A stretch of 64,000 nt of DNA from Bacteroidales bacterium (GCA_034522515.1 JAXHLF010000017.1:18971-82970); one strand, 5' to 3'. Shown: positions 1 through 10,664, counted from the first letter of the stretch. Notes: a model not told the origin generated them from the letters alone. Numbers and translations: made by a program.

Positions 1-1066
1 TGATCAGCTGACCGGTATTCAGGTTCAGGTTTCTCAGCATTTCCCCCTGATCTTCAACAGGGGTAATGTAGCACCAGCCATTCTCACCCAGTACGATATC
101 ATATGGAATGCAGTCTATGCTGTATTCTGCCGTAATATTCAGGGTGGCGATATCGATGTAAGCGACCGAGGCAACCGAATATCCTAAAACTGCTTTTTGC
201 CCGTCTTCAGAAAAACTGATGCAGTTAGGTGTTTTTTCCAGTTTTATTGTGTCGGTCACTCCCGAAGCGGTATTGAGGAGCAGAAGCTGATTGGGCGATT
301 TTGTACAGATGGCCATTACCCCGGACTCGTGATGATATTCGGCATCGGTCAGAATGCTGTTGGCTGTTGTGCCCTGTGCCGGCGGTACTGTCCAGGGGGT
401 AACCCTGACCATGAGCAGAAAGTCCCCAGTTACAGAGTTACCTGTTATTCTCACGCTGTCAACCATTTCCGTTAAAGGGGTGATCTTCGCGGGATCAAGT
501 GTGATTGTGACCCAGGTATAATTAGGGTACCATAGAGTGCCAGATGTCTGGGAGAATGTAAGCCAGTCAGGAATATCCTCTATCTCCCAGGCAAGTATGC
601 CCTCGGTGGAGGTTAAGAGAGTGATTTCCTGAAAATAGGTACGGTCAAAAACGACCTCCGCCGGAGAACATTGGATTGAAGGATAGCCGAAATTGGTAAA
701 GATCACTGTGAGGGCGACAAAACCGTAATCTTCAATGTCAAGCACCACCGTACCGACGTAACTGGAGCCCACGGAGGGGACATAGTTTTCATCGATACTG
801 AATGCCAGTGGCACGGTACCATTATTCACCCTGCCGTGCGGCGACGCGAATGCTATCCACCTTGGATGCATGTACAAGGTGAAGTCAGCATTGATATTAT
901 TCTGCAGCTCAAATGAGGTCGCCACGTTGTCATCGTAATTGCTCAGAAAGAGTGTATCTGTGGGGTCGTACCAGGCGGCATCGTTCCTCGAAAGGAAATC
1001 ATCACTGCATGATGTGCACGCGAAGATTAAAATGACAATCCCGTAAATGTAATTTTCCCGTTTCAT
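1..1066 (-). CDS. hypothetical lipoprotein; the gene runs off the left window edge, so only the N-terminal ~355 codons are present
   Basis: Absent from the ORF track because there is no stop in the window. ATG at 1066-1064. My minus-strand translation stays open to base 1 (MKRENYIYGIVILIFACTSCSDDFLSRNDAAWYDP...). It has a signal peptide with a lipobox-like FACTSC. Its start overlaps the upstream stop (ATGA at 1063-1066). Confidence 0.6.
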   Translation of the reverse strand, partial: MKRENYIYGIVILIFACTSCSDDFLSRNDAAWYDPTDTLFLSNYDDNVATSFELQNNINADFTLYMHPRWIAFASPHGRVNNGTVPLAFSIDENYVPSVGSSYVGTVVLDIEDYGFVALTVIFTNFGYPSIQCSPAEVVFDRTYFQEITLLTSTEGILAWEIEDIPDWLTFSQTSGTLWYPNYTWVTITLDPAKITPLTEMVDSVRITGNSVTGDFLLMVRVTPWTVPPAQGTTANSILTDAEYHHESGVMAICTKSPNQLLLLNTASGVTDTIKLEKTPNCISFSEDGQKAVLGYSVASVAYIDIATLNITAEYSIDCIPYDIVLGENGWCYITPVEDQGEMLRNLNLNTGQLI

Positions 1067-1978
1067 CTCCTTCCAAAATAAAACCTTATTCCAAGTGACA
1101 ACTCCACTCTTGACAGATTTTCATAATTGTCTTTCTCCAGCTCCATTGTCTCATTCATCTCTCCGTCAGTGATATTAACCTTTCTGATGGTTGCGCTGAA
1201 TATTGATAGCTCAGTGCCTGCTGAAATCAAGGGGGTGATGCGATATTCCATTCCGAGGCTGCCATCCATTCCAAGGGCATTGCCTGTTATCAGCATGTTC
1301 CCGTAGAAGAACTCAAACTCATTCCTGTAGAATGCCATGCCAAGCGAATAGGTGGAGTATAAGCTGAAAACTCCTTTTTTCCCGATGGGTTCCTGGTAGA
1401 ATATTAAAACACCGGCATAATTGACGAAGATATTTTCCCTGAAGGTTGCAAAATAGAGGGTGTAGGTGTCGCCAGGGTCAAAATAGCCCTCTGTTTCGGC
1501 GGAGGTATTGAAAAACTTGTATTTAAGTCCTGCCCCAAACCTGTCATTTATCAACCATGTGGCATCAGCATTGCCATACCAGCCTGACTTGAGGTCACTG
1601 TAATATGATTCGGCCATCGCTTCTGTCAGTCCGAGGCTTACCATGGCATCCTCAGCCGCATCCGAGCTGCTGATAATGTAACCCATCCCGCCGTTCAGGC
1701 CAAGACGCAGTCTGCCTGGTGATCCGCTGCTGACAGCTTCATACAATGGAGGCGGACTCTTGGCAGGTGAGACCGAATAGCTGAGAATACCGGCCAGCGG
1801 CATCCTTCCGGATGTCATGATCCCCTGAGAGTAAACGTCAAAATGGATATCACTCCGGGTGATCTTTGTTATCCTGCACGCGATGGTGTCATGGGTAAGG
1901 GTGATTATCCTGCTCCTGCCCCGACAGGCCGGTAATAATCCCTGCAAGGATAAATGCAAACAGCAGACTCCTTTTCAT
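1063..1978 (-). CDS. outer-membrane beta-barrel (porin-like) protein with one frameshift near the 5' end
   Basis: ORF 1063..1959 shows alternating aromatic/Gly beta-strand patterns (GLKYKFF, YSLGMAFY, LSLGIRFYF). A signal peptide MKRSLLFAFILAGIITGLSGQ starts at ATG 1978 in another frame and stops after 29 codons. Confidence 0.55.
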
Positions 1979-2061
1979 AGATTAAAACTTAAGACTGACT
2001 CAGATCTGATGATGCCGGTGCATCCTATTTCAAAGTTAGGGAAAATCTTTGTATATCAAAA

Positions 2062-2091
2062 GAAAAAAAGAGGTGCGGCACCCCGCACCTC
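2062..2091 (-). terminator. intrinsic terminator downstream of the kinase/regulator operon
   Basis: Perfect GC-rich hairpin gaggtgcgg-cacc-ccgcacctc at 2070-2091. The plus-strand A-run at 2062-2069 gives a U-run after the stem on the minus strand. Confidence 0.6.
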
Positions 2092-2342
2092 CTATCAGAA
2101 ATAAAAAACAGAACTTTGAATAACAGAAATTATTTAAGCTATACCCTGCTTCGTCACAAGGCATGGTTTGTCATTGCATTTGCCCGGGTAATAATCGCAC
2201 TAAAAGTAGAACCCAAGGTGCCGCAAGGTACTGCGGCGGGATAAAGAAGAGGTTAATTCCGCATTAAATTCCGATTAAAATATGCCGGGAGTGCATCAGA
2301 TTCGGGCCTTCCTATGAAGGGCCTGGCTTTAGGGCTTCCTGC

Positions 2343-2438
2343 GCGGGATCTGCCTTCAGCGATTTCTGTGCGGGATCTGCCTTCAGTGATTTCTGTGCGG
2401 GATCTGCCTTCAGCGATTTCTGTGTCGGCGATCTGCCT
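2343..2438. repeat. 27-bp tandem repeat, about 3.5 copies
   Basis: gcgggatctgccttcagcgatttctgt occurs at 2343-2369, 2370-2396 and 2397-2423, with a partial copy to 2438. It lies directly 3' of the kinase stop codon. Confidence 0.9.
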
Positions 2439-2443
2439 GAAAT

Positions 2444-3820
2444 CTAACCCTGTGGTGCCGGTGGTAATGAAATGATTATTTCTGTGCCTGTGTCATGTTT
2501 TGAGTCAACGGCAATCTCTCCCTGGTGTATTTCGATGATTTTTTTTGCAAGAGAAAGGCCTATGCCATGCCCTTTGACCTTCCCGGCTGTACTACCGCGG
2601 TAAAAGGGTTCAAATATCCTGCCCATGTCGGCCTCGGAAATACCCGGCCCACTGTCTCTGAAACTCACTGACAGCCTGCCGCCTGTGAAACTTAGGTCTA
2701 CATCCACTGATCTGTCGGGGGAGTATTTGCAGCCGTTTTCCATTATGTTGGTTACCGCTGATCTCAAAAGCTGGTCATCACCCATTACAATCATGTTCTC
2801 TATGTCAGAGATGGTTTCGTCAAGGGATATGTTCACGTTGTATCCTTTTTCAAACCTGATCAGTTCTTCACGCGACTGCCAGAGAATTTCATCGATCCTG
2901 ACCTCACGGAAGCCGGTTTTCGCGCTCTCGGAACTTGCATGCGCCATCAGCAGTAGTCGGTCTATGAGCCTGTTGAGGTTCTTTATATCTTCCAGAACTG
3001 CAATGGTGGCATCACGGTATTCCGCTGTTGAACGGTCCTTCATAAGGAGCACGTCAAGCTGCCCCGTGATCGCCGTCAGCGGGGTGCGGAGCTCGTGCGA
3101 TGCGTTAGAGATGAAGTCCTTCTGCACCGCAAAGGCAGTCTCAAGCCTCTCGAGCATAAGGTTGAACGTGTGGGCCAAATGGGCCAGTTCGTCCTTCCCG
3201 TTTCCCTCATCAAGCCGGAGATTGAGACTTGTTATCGATATCTCCTCAACCCGTTCCACAACACTTGAGATGGGAGAGAAGGCCCTTGCGGCCAGGAGCC
3301 ACCCCGCAGGGTAATAAAGGAGAAGGAAGAGTCCGTTAAGAAACAGAAGGACCATCCTCAGGTTTTTCTGCTTATCAACCCCGAATATATCCCTTGCAGC
3401 AGACAGCACCACAAACCTGTCATTTTCCTCTACAAAGAGCACTCCCATCAGCTCATACCTTCCGCTGCGTGTCCTGACTTTTTCCTCAAGCCTTACTTTA
3501 TCAAGGAGGAGAGTATCATACAATATAACATTGCGTGTGTCAGTGGTATAGACTACATTATTGTTATTGTCGATGATTATTATCTTCTCATCGGGCAGGC
3601 TGACGGGGTTGTCCTCTTCGATCCTGGCAAGCAGCTCGGCATCAATCTCATCGACCTCAATCAGCAGCCTGGCTGTACTGTTTGCCCTGCTCTCCAGCCT
3701 CTGGAAGAAATCGTCACGCCTGTATTGGGCTGAGAGAAAGTATACGGTCAGAGAGAAGAGCACCAATATTATGCCTGCCATCAGGAAAAACTGCAGGGTC
3801 AGTTTCTGGCGTATTTTCAT
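2444..3820 (-). CDS. sensor histidine kinase (HisKA + HATPase_c)
   Basis: Intact 458-aa ORF. It has an N-terminal TM segment, a second TM before a HAMP-like region, the H-box SHELRTPL and a G-box GHGIGLSLAKKII. Confidence 0.9.
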   Translation of the reverse strand: MKIRQKLTLQFFLMAGIILVLFSLTVYFLSAQYRRDDFFQRLESRANSTARLLIEVDEIDAELLARIEEDNPVSLPDEKIIIIDNNNNVVYTTDTRNVILYDTLLLDKVRLEEKVRTRSGRYELMGVLFVEENDRFVVLSAARDIFGVDKQKNLRMVLLFLNGLFLLLYYPAGWLLAARAFSPISSVVERVEEISITSLNLRLDEGNGKDELAHLAHTFNLMLERLETAFAVQKDFISNASHELRTPLTAITGQLDVLLMKDRSTAEYRDATIAVLEDIKNLNRLIDRLLLMAHASSESAKTGFREVRIDEILWQSREELIRFEKGYNVNISLDETISDIENMIVMGDDQLLRSAVTNIMENGCKYSPDRSVDVDLSFTGGRLSVSFRDSGPGISEADMGRIFEPFYRGSTAGKVKGHGIGLSLAKKIIEIHQGEIAVDSKHDTGTEIIISLPPAPQG

Positions 3821-4496
3821 TACAGTTCAGTGAAGATATATCCCAGGCCGATCCTGGTGTGTATCAGTTTAGGTTCAAAATCCCTGTCAATCTTTTTCCG
3901 GAGGATATTGACATAGACCTCAACGACATTGGTGCCCGTATCATAGGTTATCTCCCAGACCTTCTCAGATATGTCGACCCGTGACAGGACCCGTCCCTTA
4001 TTGCGCATGAAGTACTCAAGGAGTGAGAACTCCTTGGCCGTCAGCTCTATCATTCTGCCGCCCCTGATTGCAACTTTTCTCAGAAGATCGAGCTCCAGAT
4101 CAGCCACCTTCAGCGATTCCAGTTGCTGTGAAGCGGGGGTTTTTCTCTTGAGCAACGACTTGATCCTCGCCAGCAATTCCGGGAAATCAAAGGGTTTGAC
4201 CAGATAGTCGTCGGCACCGGCATCAAATCCTGCGACCTTGTCGGCCGTTGTGCCAAGAGCCGTAAGCATCAGAACCGGGAGATCCGGTTTTTCCGATTTT
4301 ATGTTTTGCATACCTCAATTCCGTTTTTCCCGGGGATGATCAGGTCAAGGATCACCAGGTCAATGCCAGGCTCCGCTGCGGCCTTTTCCCCTGACAGCCC
4401 GTCATATGACACCTGCGTCTCATAACCTTTCTCCTCAAGCCCTTCCTTGATGAAGGAGGCCACCCTGGGTTCATCTTCTATTATCAGAATTTTCAT
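3820..4496 (-). CDS. OmpR-family response regulator, frameshifted
   Basis: The receiver half (4299..4496, MKILIIEDEP...DLVILDLIIPGKNG) and the winged-helix half (3820..4311, ...LIHTRIGLGYIF) sit in different frames. Adding one base to the T4 run at 4304-4307 restores ...EVCKNIKSEKPDLPVLMLTA. Confidence 0.85.
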
Positions 4497-4511
4497 GGGA
4501 ACAACAGGTTT

Positions 4512-7144
4512 CTACTCGGCCGGAGGCAGGAAAAGAGCATTGAAGAGCATCTTGTAGGCGCCCTGTGTTGAAGCCCTGAACTGCGGGTTGAAACTGTAGA
4601 GAACAAGCTGTCCCTTGCCTTTCCTGAGCCATATCATCGCCGGTCTGCCCGCCAGCAACTCCTCCTTCTCGCAATAACCGCTAAGCAGTATATCTTTTTC
4701 GGGAAAATTCCCGATGACCCTGCGGTCCATGTCAAACCTGGGTACGGAGGTTGTGAACAGGGGATTACCCCTGTAAAAGACGCCTGCCGAAGCCGGCATG
4801 CCGTAGGTGAGGGGATGATCTTCCTTCAGCCTGATGCGCACAAGGGCTCCGGGAATACTCAGGCCATCCCTCCTTGCCTGGTCGGCAGTGTTGGCAAACG
4901 GCAGAGTAAACTCCTCGGTACTCTCATCCCCGGTGATCTCCAGTAGGCCGGTGAAGAGATCGGCAGACTGCCCCCACGACAGTACGGTGCCGCCATTATT
5001 GATGAAGAGAAGCAGCTTCTCAAGCCCCTTTTTGCCCATTCCTATCTGGTAGTCAGGGTGGTAGTTACTCATGTATGCCCCGCCGTCAGAGCCGGGCTTG
5101 CCGGTCATCAGGAGATTCTTCTGGGTGCCCGGGAAAATGATTATGTCAAACTCTCCCCTGAGGTCTGTTTCGGCAAATTCACCCGGACGGAGGACCTTGT
5201 AGGGCAGGTGGTAGGTGTCAAAGAGGTATCGCGTCCACCCGGCATCCATGTCGCTGAAGTATGTTTCCACCAGTGCTATCCGCGGGATGGTTACCTCTGA
5301 TGCCGGGAGGGTACCTGACCCGCCGGCGTAGACCGGCTCCGTACATGACTCCTGTGCAATGGATCCGAGCAACGAAGCATCACTGCCACTGATTACGAAA
5401 CTGCCCTTGCCAAGGACTTTGCCTTCAATCTGCATTTCACTGTCAAGACGACTAACTTTCATGCCTTTTTGTGCAGCCAGAAAAGCCGCCATGAAACTCC
5501 CGTTGCTGGTCACAGGGAAGATTGCAGGCAGACGATAACTCTTCTGCAGGGGTACATACTCCTTCCTCAAATGGTTTTATCCTGCCCTCGAAGACAAGAT
5601 CGCGTGAGGTGATCTCAAATGATGTCAGTCCCCTGTGAAAGAGGCAATGACCAGCTCGTCACGTCGTAAGGTCTTATCATTTCTCCGCCGGGACTATAGT
5701 GCCTGACAGGGAATTCCTGATTTTCCATCACCTCCTTGACAAAAGCCCTGAAGGGCTGTGCCAGGGGATAGACAAAGTCGCCTGCCTTCAGGTTAATGCC
5801 TGCAAGGGTGTGGTCAGCCGTGAGACGGTATGCGCTGACACCGTGTTCCCGCATCAGGTTAACGAAACGGATGAGCTCACTCTGGTCGGCCTGCCCTGCC
5901 GGTACCACATAATAGTACGGCGGCTCGCTCCGGCCTCTCTCAACCTCCCTGCGGCAGATGTCATTCCTGAAGCGGAGGATGTCACCTTTGTGCAGCGAGG
6001 CAGTCTTGATGACAGAGATGGTCGATTCGATCTCAAGCCTGACGATGTCACCCAGTCGCCACCACCCCCCCGGCCACGGTACAGGGAAGTTGATGCTCTT
6101 GTCATATTCCGAGAGTCCCTTTCCGCTGGCCTGCAGCTCATTGGGTTCAATATACAGCGGTGATGCCTCACGGACGCTGGCCGCCTCAGTGAGCATGCCG
6201 ATGACGTTCTTCCAGATGCATGTCTCTGTTGAGCCCGGCCAGTACATGTCGAAAATGGTCTTCTGACCCACCCCGGTGAGCCCGGCGCCTGTCAGGTCAC
6301 GCAGCATATTGGTGCCGAAGACACCTGTCCACGACCATAACTCACCATCAACATTCTCGGCAATGGGATCATGCGCCGGAGGCACGAAATAACGTATCCC
6401 CGTCGAGCCCATCTGGTGCTTCTCCACCATCACCTGCGGAAACCAGTCGAGGTTATAGATGCGGGCAATGGCCCTCGTGTCCTCCTGGGTGAGACTGATA
6501 AAGTCGCGATTGTTATCATGTCCGACGTATTTGTGATAGACCTGCGGCAATGAGGCACCCTCATACTGCGTGCCCCTGTATTTCTTGTAGTTCTCAACAA
6601 CGAGATCCATCCCGTCAGGATTATGGGAGGGAACCATCATGTAAACAACATCATCGAGGTATTTCCGGATCAGGGGATCGGGCGAGGTGACCAGCTGATA
6701 GGCAATGAGAGGTGCTGCCTGCGACGGAGCCACCTCGGTGGAGTGCATTGAGAGGGTGGCCAGGAAGAAGACCTTGCCGTCAGCAATGTACTCCTTCCTC
6801 CGTGCGTCAGAGAGCGATGGATTCAGCGCCAGCTCCCTGTTAATTTCACGCAGCTTTGGCAGGTTCTTTATGTTCTTCTCAGATGAGATGAATGCAATGT
6901 ACATCTTTCTTCCCATCGGGCTGGTGCCAATTTCTTCCATGCTTACCATCGGAGAAGCCTTGTCCAGCTTAATGAGATAGTCTGTCAGTTCTTCGTAGCT
7001 GAACAGGTTATAATCTGAGCCGGGCGTGAATCCGAAGTGTTGCTGGGGAACCGGCACAGAGGTCTGGGCCTGTGCCGGAGGCATGAAGAAAATCATTACA
7101 CCGGCAAACAGTGTTGTGGCTGAAAGGAGTCTGAGATATTTCAT
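4512..7144 (-). CDS. M14-family zinc metallopeptidase (large secreted Bacteroidota type), frameshifted
   Basis: ORF 5615..7144 has a signal peptide and M14 motifs (HSTEVAPSQ, PSHNPDGMD). ORF 4512..5570 continues as the C-terminal domain. At least two frame changes lie between about 5570 and 5640. Confidence 0.7.
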
Positions 7145-7359
7145 GGTTGAGTGTAAATTATTGATGAATTACAAGGGGTATACTGATTGTCATGCTACTT
7201 TTCTGCTATATGGTACGGTCATTTTACGGCCTTCCAGAGGCGGTCATAAAGTTAACAAAGTGAAGCAAGCGCCGCAAAAAATAAATGGTATATCTTTATA
7301 TCCCGGCAGGCATTATTAATGAGGCCGGAACTGTAAGACAAAAAGTAAAAACCTAAGCT

Positions 7360-8688
7360 ATGAAGGGCAAGACTAAATCACTGACCAGGAGAGAGTTTCT
7401 TGAAAATACGTCGCTCGGCGTTGCCGGGGTAATGATAATCCCGTCAGTTTTGGGCGGTTGCTCCGGGAAAAAAGCTCCGGGACTTGTCAGGCTTGGATTC
7501 ATCGGGCTGGGACAGCAAGCCATGCACCTGCTTGACGGCTTCATCCGGATACCTGATGTTGAGGTGCTGGGGGGTTGTGATGTGTATGGCATAAAGCGGA
7601 AACGGTTCGAGAACCGTGTTAATGAATATTATGCCGGGGCAGGGAAAAAAATAAAGGCGTTATCATTTGAAAAGTATGAAGACCTGCTTGAAAGAGCGGA
7701 TATTGATGCCGTTGTCATAGCCGTACCCGATCATGCACACGCAATGATCGCCATTGCCGCGCTGAAGGCAGGCAAGGATGTCTACCTTGAGAAGCCCATG
7801 ACCTTTACGATATATGAAGGACAGCAGCTGCGGACCACCGTCCGTGAGACGGGAAGGGTACTGGGGGTAGGCAGCCAGCAGCGCTCCGATCCCAATTTCC
7901 AGCATGCTGTCAGGCTTGTCAGGGAAGGAGCGATCGGTACTGTCACATCAATAAATGCCCATGTAGGCCCTCCCCCGACACCTTATAACCTCCCGGAAGA
8001 GCAGCTTCCGCCGGATCTGAACTGGGATCTCTGGCTCGGACCTCTGCCGGGATCGATTCATTTTAATAATGAGCTCAACCCTCCGATCTCCCTTGATCCC
8101 CCGGTTGATGAGAAGTTCTGGGGTGGCTGGCGATGGTACAAGGAGATGGGCGGCGGCTTCACAACTGACTGGGGTGCACATATGTTTGATGTAGCCCAGT
8201 GGGGACTGGGAATGGACGGGAGCGGTCCGGTAGAGATATCACCGATAGGCGACGGATCAGAGTACATATCATGGAAGTATGCAAACGGAGTTGTTATGAC
8301 ATCCGAACCCTTTGACGAGAAGATGACCAAGGGGGTCAAATTCTTTGGAGACAAGGGATGGATTGAGATCTCAAGGCAGCATTTTGCTTCGTCAGACCCC
8401 GGACTGATACCTCCCCCGCCGGAGGGAGCGGAAGATGATGGTCCCTATGAGACAAGGATACCGCACCAGCTCGACTTCATAGAAGCTGTGAGGAAACGCA
8501 CCGATCCGGTTGTGCCGGTTGAGACAGGTCACAGCAGTTGTACAGTATGCACACTGGGTAATATTGCCCTCGAACTGGGGAGGAGTGTCAGATGGGATCC
8601 ATCAACCGAAACCTTCGTTGATGACGTTGACGGCGCAGCTGCAAAACTTCTTCACTACGGTTACAGGCAACCCTGGAAGCTGACTTAG
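7360..8688 (+). CDS. Gfo/Idh/MocA-family oxidoreductase with a Tat-type signal
   Basis: Intact 442 aa. It has the twin-arginine signal SLTRREFLENTSLGVAG, the Rossmann motif GFIGLGQQA and the family motif VYLEKPM. Confidence 0.8.
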   Translation: MKGKTKSLTRREFLENTSLGVAGVMIIPSVLGGCSGKKAPGLVRLGFIGLGQQAMHLLDGFIRIPDVEVLGGCDVYGIKRKRFENRVNEYYAGAGKKIKALSFEKYEDLLERADIDAVVIAVPDHAHAMIAIAALKAGKDVYLEKPMTFTIYEGQQLRTTVRETGRVLGVGSQQRSDPNFQHAVRLVREGAIGTVTSINAHVGPPPTPYNLPEEQLPPDLNWDLWLGPLPGSIHFNNELNPPISLDPPVDEKFWGGWRWYKEMGGGFTTDWGAHMFDVAQWGLGMDGSGPVEISPIGDGSEYISWKYANGVVMTSEPFDEKMTKGVKFFGDKGWIEISRQHFASSDPGLIPPPPEGAEDDGPYETRIPHQLDFIEAVRKRTDPVVPVETGHSSCTVCTLGNIALELGRSVRWDPSTETFVDDVDGAAAKLLHYGYRQPWKLT

Positions 8689-8715
8689 TTTACTTGGGAC
8701 GTAGGTAAAATCTGA

Positions 8716-9669
8716 ATGGCACTGGAAATTGTTCTGAGGCAGATTGCCGTACTTGCAATACTTGTTCTGCTGGGGCTGGCAGCCTCGCGGGCGAAGGTAA
8801 TAACCTCTACATCAAAGGATGTGCTGGCGAGGATCATTTTTTACATCACCCTTCCGGCCCTGCTGTTCACCAACTTCAGCAAGATAGACCTGACCCCGGA
8901 GCTTCTCTCAGGAAGTCTGCAGACATTACTGCTATCGCTGTTCGTGCTGTTATTCATGCTTCTTGCGGGAATGGCGACATCGAAGCTTGCAGGCCTCAGG
9001 GGCAGCCAGGAAGCAATCTTCAGGCTTCACAGCATGCTGGGGAATATTATATATCTGGGACTTCCCCTGGTATCATCACAGTATGGGAGGGAGGGTCTGC
9101 TTTACGCCAGTCTTTTTATTCTTGTAGCAAACATTCTTATGTGGACTGTAGGTGTTGCTGTAATTACCCCGGGCAGCAGGCCGGGCCTGGGAGGGAGCCT
9201 GGTGAAGCTGTTCAATATTAATACCATAGCCATTATTTTAGGATTCGTTTTGTTTCTTCTTTCTGTAAAGCTGCCGCCGATCATACTCGATTCGGTAGGT
9301 GCACTGGGGAGTACCACCACCTATCTCTCAATGATATATATCGGTGCGGTGCTTTATTTTGCAGACGCCGGGAAGATGCTCCGCAACAGGAATGTGTATC
9401 TTTTATCGGTCAACAGGCTGCTGATTGTTCCGTTCATGATCATCGGGATATTTGCTCTATTGAATTATCTCTTTCCTGAACTCCTCAGGAGGGAGGTGCT
9501 GCCGGTGCTGGTAATGCAGGCTGCCATGCCCTGCATGGTGAATGTGGTGATCATGGTCAATATTCTTGGCAGTGATGATGATACCCCTACCGCCAATGTG
9601 TTTGTGTCTACTGTACTGAGTGTAATAACAATTCCTATTATTCTGCTGAGTATGAGGCTGATCGGGTGA
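8716..9669 (+). CDS. AEC (auxin efflux carrier) family transporter
   Basis: Intact 317 aa, roughly 10 hydrophobic helices, with length and layout typical of the AEC family. Confidence 0.7.
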   Translation: MALEIVLRQIAVLAILVLLGLAASRAKVITSTSKDVLARIIFYITLPALLFTNFSKIDLTPELLSGSLQTLLLSLFVLLFMLLAGMATSKLAGLRGSQEAIFRLHSMLGNIIYLGLPLVSSQYGREGLLYASLFILVANILMWTVGVAVITPGSRPGLGGSLVKLFNINTIAIILGFVLFLLSVKLPPIILDSVGALGSTTTYLSMIYIGAVLYFADAGKMLRNRNVYLLSVNRLLIVPFMIIGIFALLNYLFPELLRREVLPVLVMQAAMPCMVNVVIMVNILGSDDDTPTANVFVSTVLSVITIPIILLSMRLIG

Positions 9670-9687
9670 TCAGGCACTGGTCCCGGT

Positions 9688-9786
9688 GGCAGGCGCTGAC
9701 GAGCATTAACACGTTCTGCTGGCAGGCGCTGACGGGCATTAGCACGTTCTGCCGGCAGGCCCTGACAGGCATTAAAAGGTCCCTGG
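9688..9786. repeat. 33-bp tandem repeat, 3 copies (third diverged)
   Basis: ggcaggcgctgacgagcattaacacgttctgct occurs at 9688-9720 and 9721-9753, with a degenerate copy at 9754-9786. It starts 19 bp after the AEC stop. Confidence 0.85.
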
Positions 9787-9912
9787 CAGAATTAATCCAG
9801 CGGTTCGAAGTCTATTTCAAGAAATTTTAAAAAGCTTAATTTTGGATGCAACTAATTGGGGGACTTTTTCAAAATTAGTTTGCTTTGGAATTAACTTTTA
9901 CAATAATCAACT

Positions 9913-10368
9913 ATGATATTTGATACAATTTCCAACCGCCATCTGTATGCAGGCCTGTCGGTACGCATAGATTCAGCTCTTGCTTATCTGGTGACTACCG
10001 ATTTCAAAACTCTTTCACCCGGTCGCTATGAACTTGATAATGATAATCTGTTCGCCCTGGTACAGGAGTACAGCACTATTCCCAAAGAGCAGGCGAAATG
10101 GGAGTGTCACAGGAAATATATTGATATACAATATATTGACGAAGGGATTGAGCAAATTGGATTCGGTAAGACCGGGAAAATGGAGGTCAGTACTGAATAT
10201 GATCCAGCACTGGATATATCATTTTTAAAAGGTGAAGGTGATTATGTAACATTGGAGAAAGGTTCTTTCGGCATCTTCTTTCCCGATGATGCACATCAGC
10301 CAAAAGTTGCCATGTCAGGTGTTTCTGGAAAAGTTAGGAAAGTTGTGATTAAAGTCAGAGTTGATTAA
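9913..10368 (+). CDS. YhcH/YjgK/YiaL (DUF386) family protein
   Basis: Intact 151 aa. The size and the N-terminal MIFDTI... and ...FFPDDAHQP motif resemble this cupin-like family. Confidence 0.55.
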   Translation: MIFDTISNRHLYAGLSVRIDSALAYLVTTDFKTLSPGRYELDNDNLFALVQEYSTIPKEQAKWECHRKYIDIQYIDEGIEQIGFGKTGKMEVSTEYDPALDISFLKGEGDYVTLEKGSFGIFFPDDAHQPKVAMSGVSGKVRKVVIKVRVD

Positions 10369-10430
10369 GCGCACTTCAGGCGGCAGGAGATGAAACCGGA
10401 TGAACCTCTCGCCCCTCCATCGCAAAAAAA

Positions 10431-10455
10431 AGCCCGCTATTGCGGGTCTTTTTTT
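10431..10455. terminator. bidirectional intrinsic terminator
   Basis: Hairpin agcccgc-tatt-gcgggt flanked by A8 (10423-10430) and T7 (10449-10455). It serves the plus-strand gene ending at 10368 and the minus-strand tRNA-Gln. Confidence 0.65.
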
Positions 10456-10456
10456 G

Positions 10457-10529
10457 TTGTCCCGTCAGGTCTCGAACCTGAACTCTTCTGATCCAGAATC
10501 AGACGTGTTGCCAATTACACCACGGGACA
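10457..10529 (-). tRNA. tRNA-Gln (anticodon CTG)
   Basis: Hand-folded 73-nt cloverleaf: acceptor tgtcccg/cgggaca with U1-A72, D stem gtgt/acac, anticodon stem tctga/tcaga with loop ttCTGga, T arm tcagg-ttcgaga-cctga. No CCA is encoded. Confidence 0.85.
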
Positions 10530-10616
10530 GTTATATAAGGCTGCAAATATATAAAATTTTCAACTTATTAAGGTATCAGCTGCATTTTTAAGACGCCGGC
10601 AGCTTAATAAAACAAA

Positions 10617-10640
10617 GTGCACCGGCATTTGCCGGTGCAC
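10617..10640 (-). terminator. intrinsic terminator of the DNRLRE-lipoprotein gene
   Basis: Perfect 10-bp stem gtgcaccggc-attt-gccggtgcac, followed on the minus strand by a T-rich tract. Confidence 0.7.
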
Positions 10641-10664
10641 ATCAATTCCTTGCAAAATGTTTTA

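Noticed and set aside
197-475. 92-aa plus-strand ORF near the left edge
   Set aside because: It is antisense to the open minus-strand lipoprotein gene that spans 1-1066. It has no motif support.
2444-2446. Genuine TAG stop-codon readthrough or recoding of the histidine kinase
   Set aside because: I know of no recoding machinery or context signal here. A truncating substitution or an incidental open frame is more likely. It is kept only as a low-probability alternative under the repeat finding.
2625-3314. Long plus-strand ORFs antisense to clear genes, for example 2625..3314, 11178..11801, 20986..21402, 23053..23625, 34927..35799 (minus) and 52810..53607 (minus)
   Set aside because: They lie entirely opposite well-supported genes (kinase, DNRLRE lipoprotein, GH94, SSS transporter, GH130, RND permease). 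Their translations are low-complexity and Ser/Arg/Pro-rich. These are typical shadow ORFs in GC-rich coding DNA.
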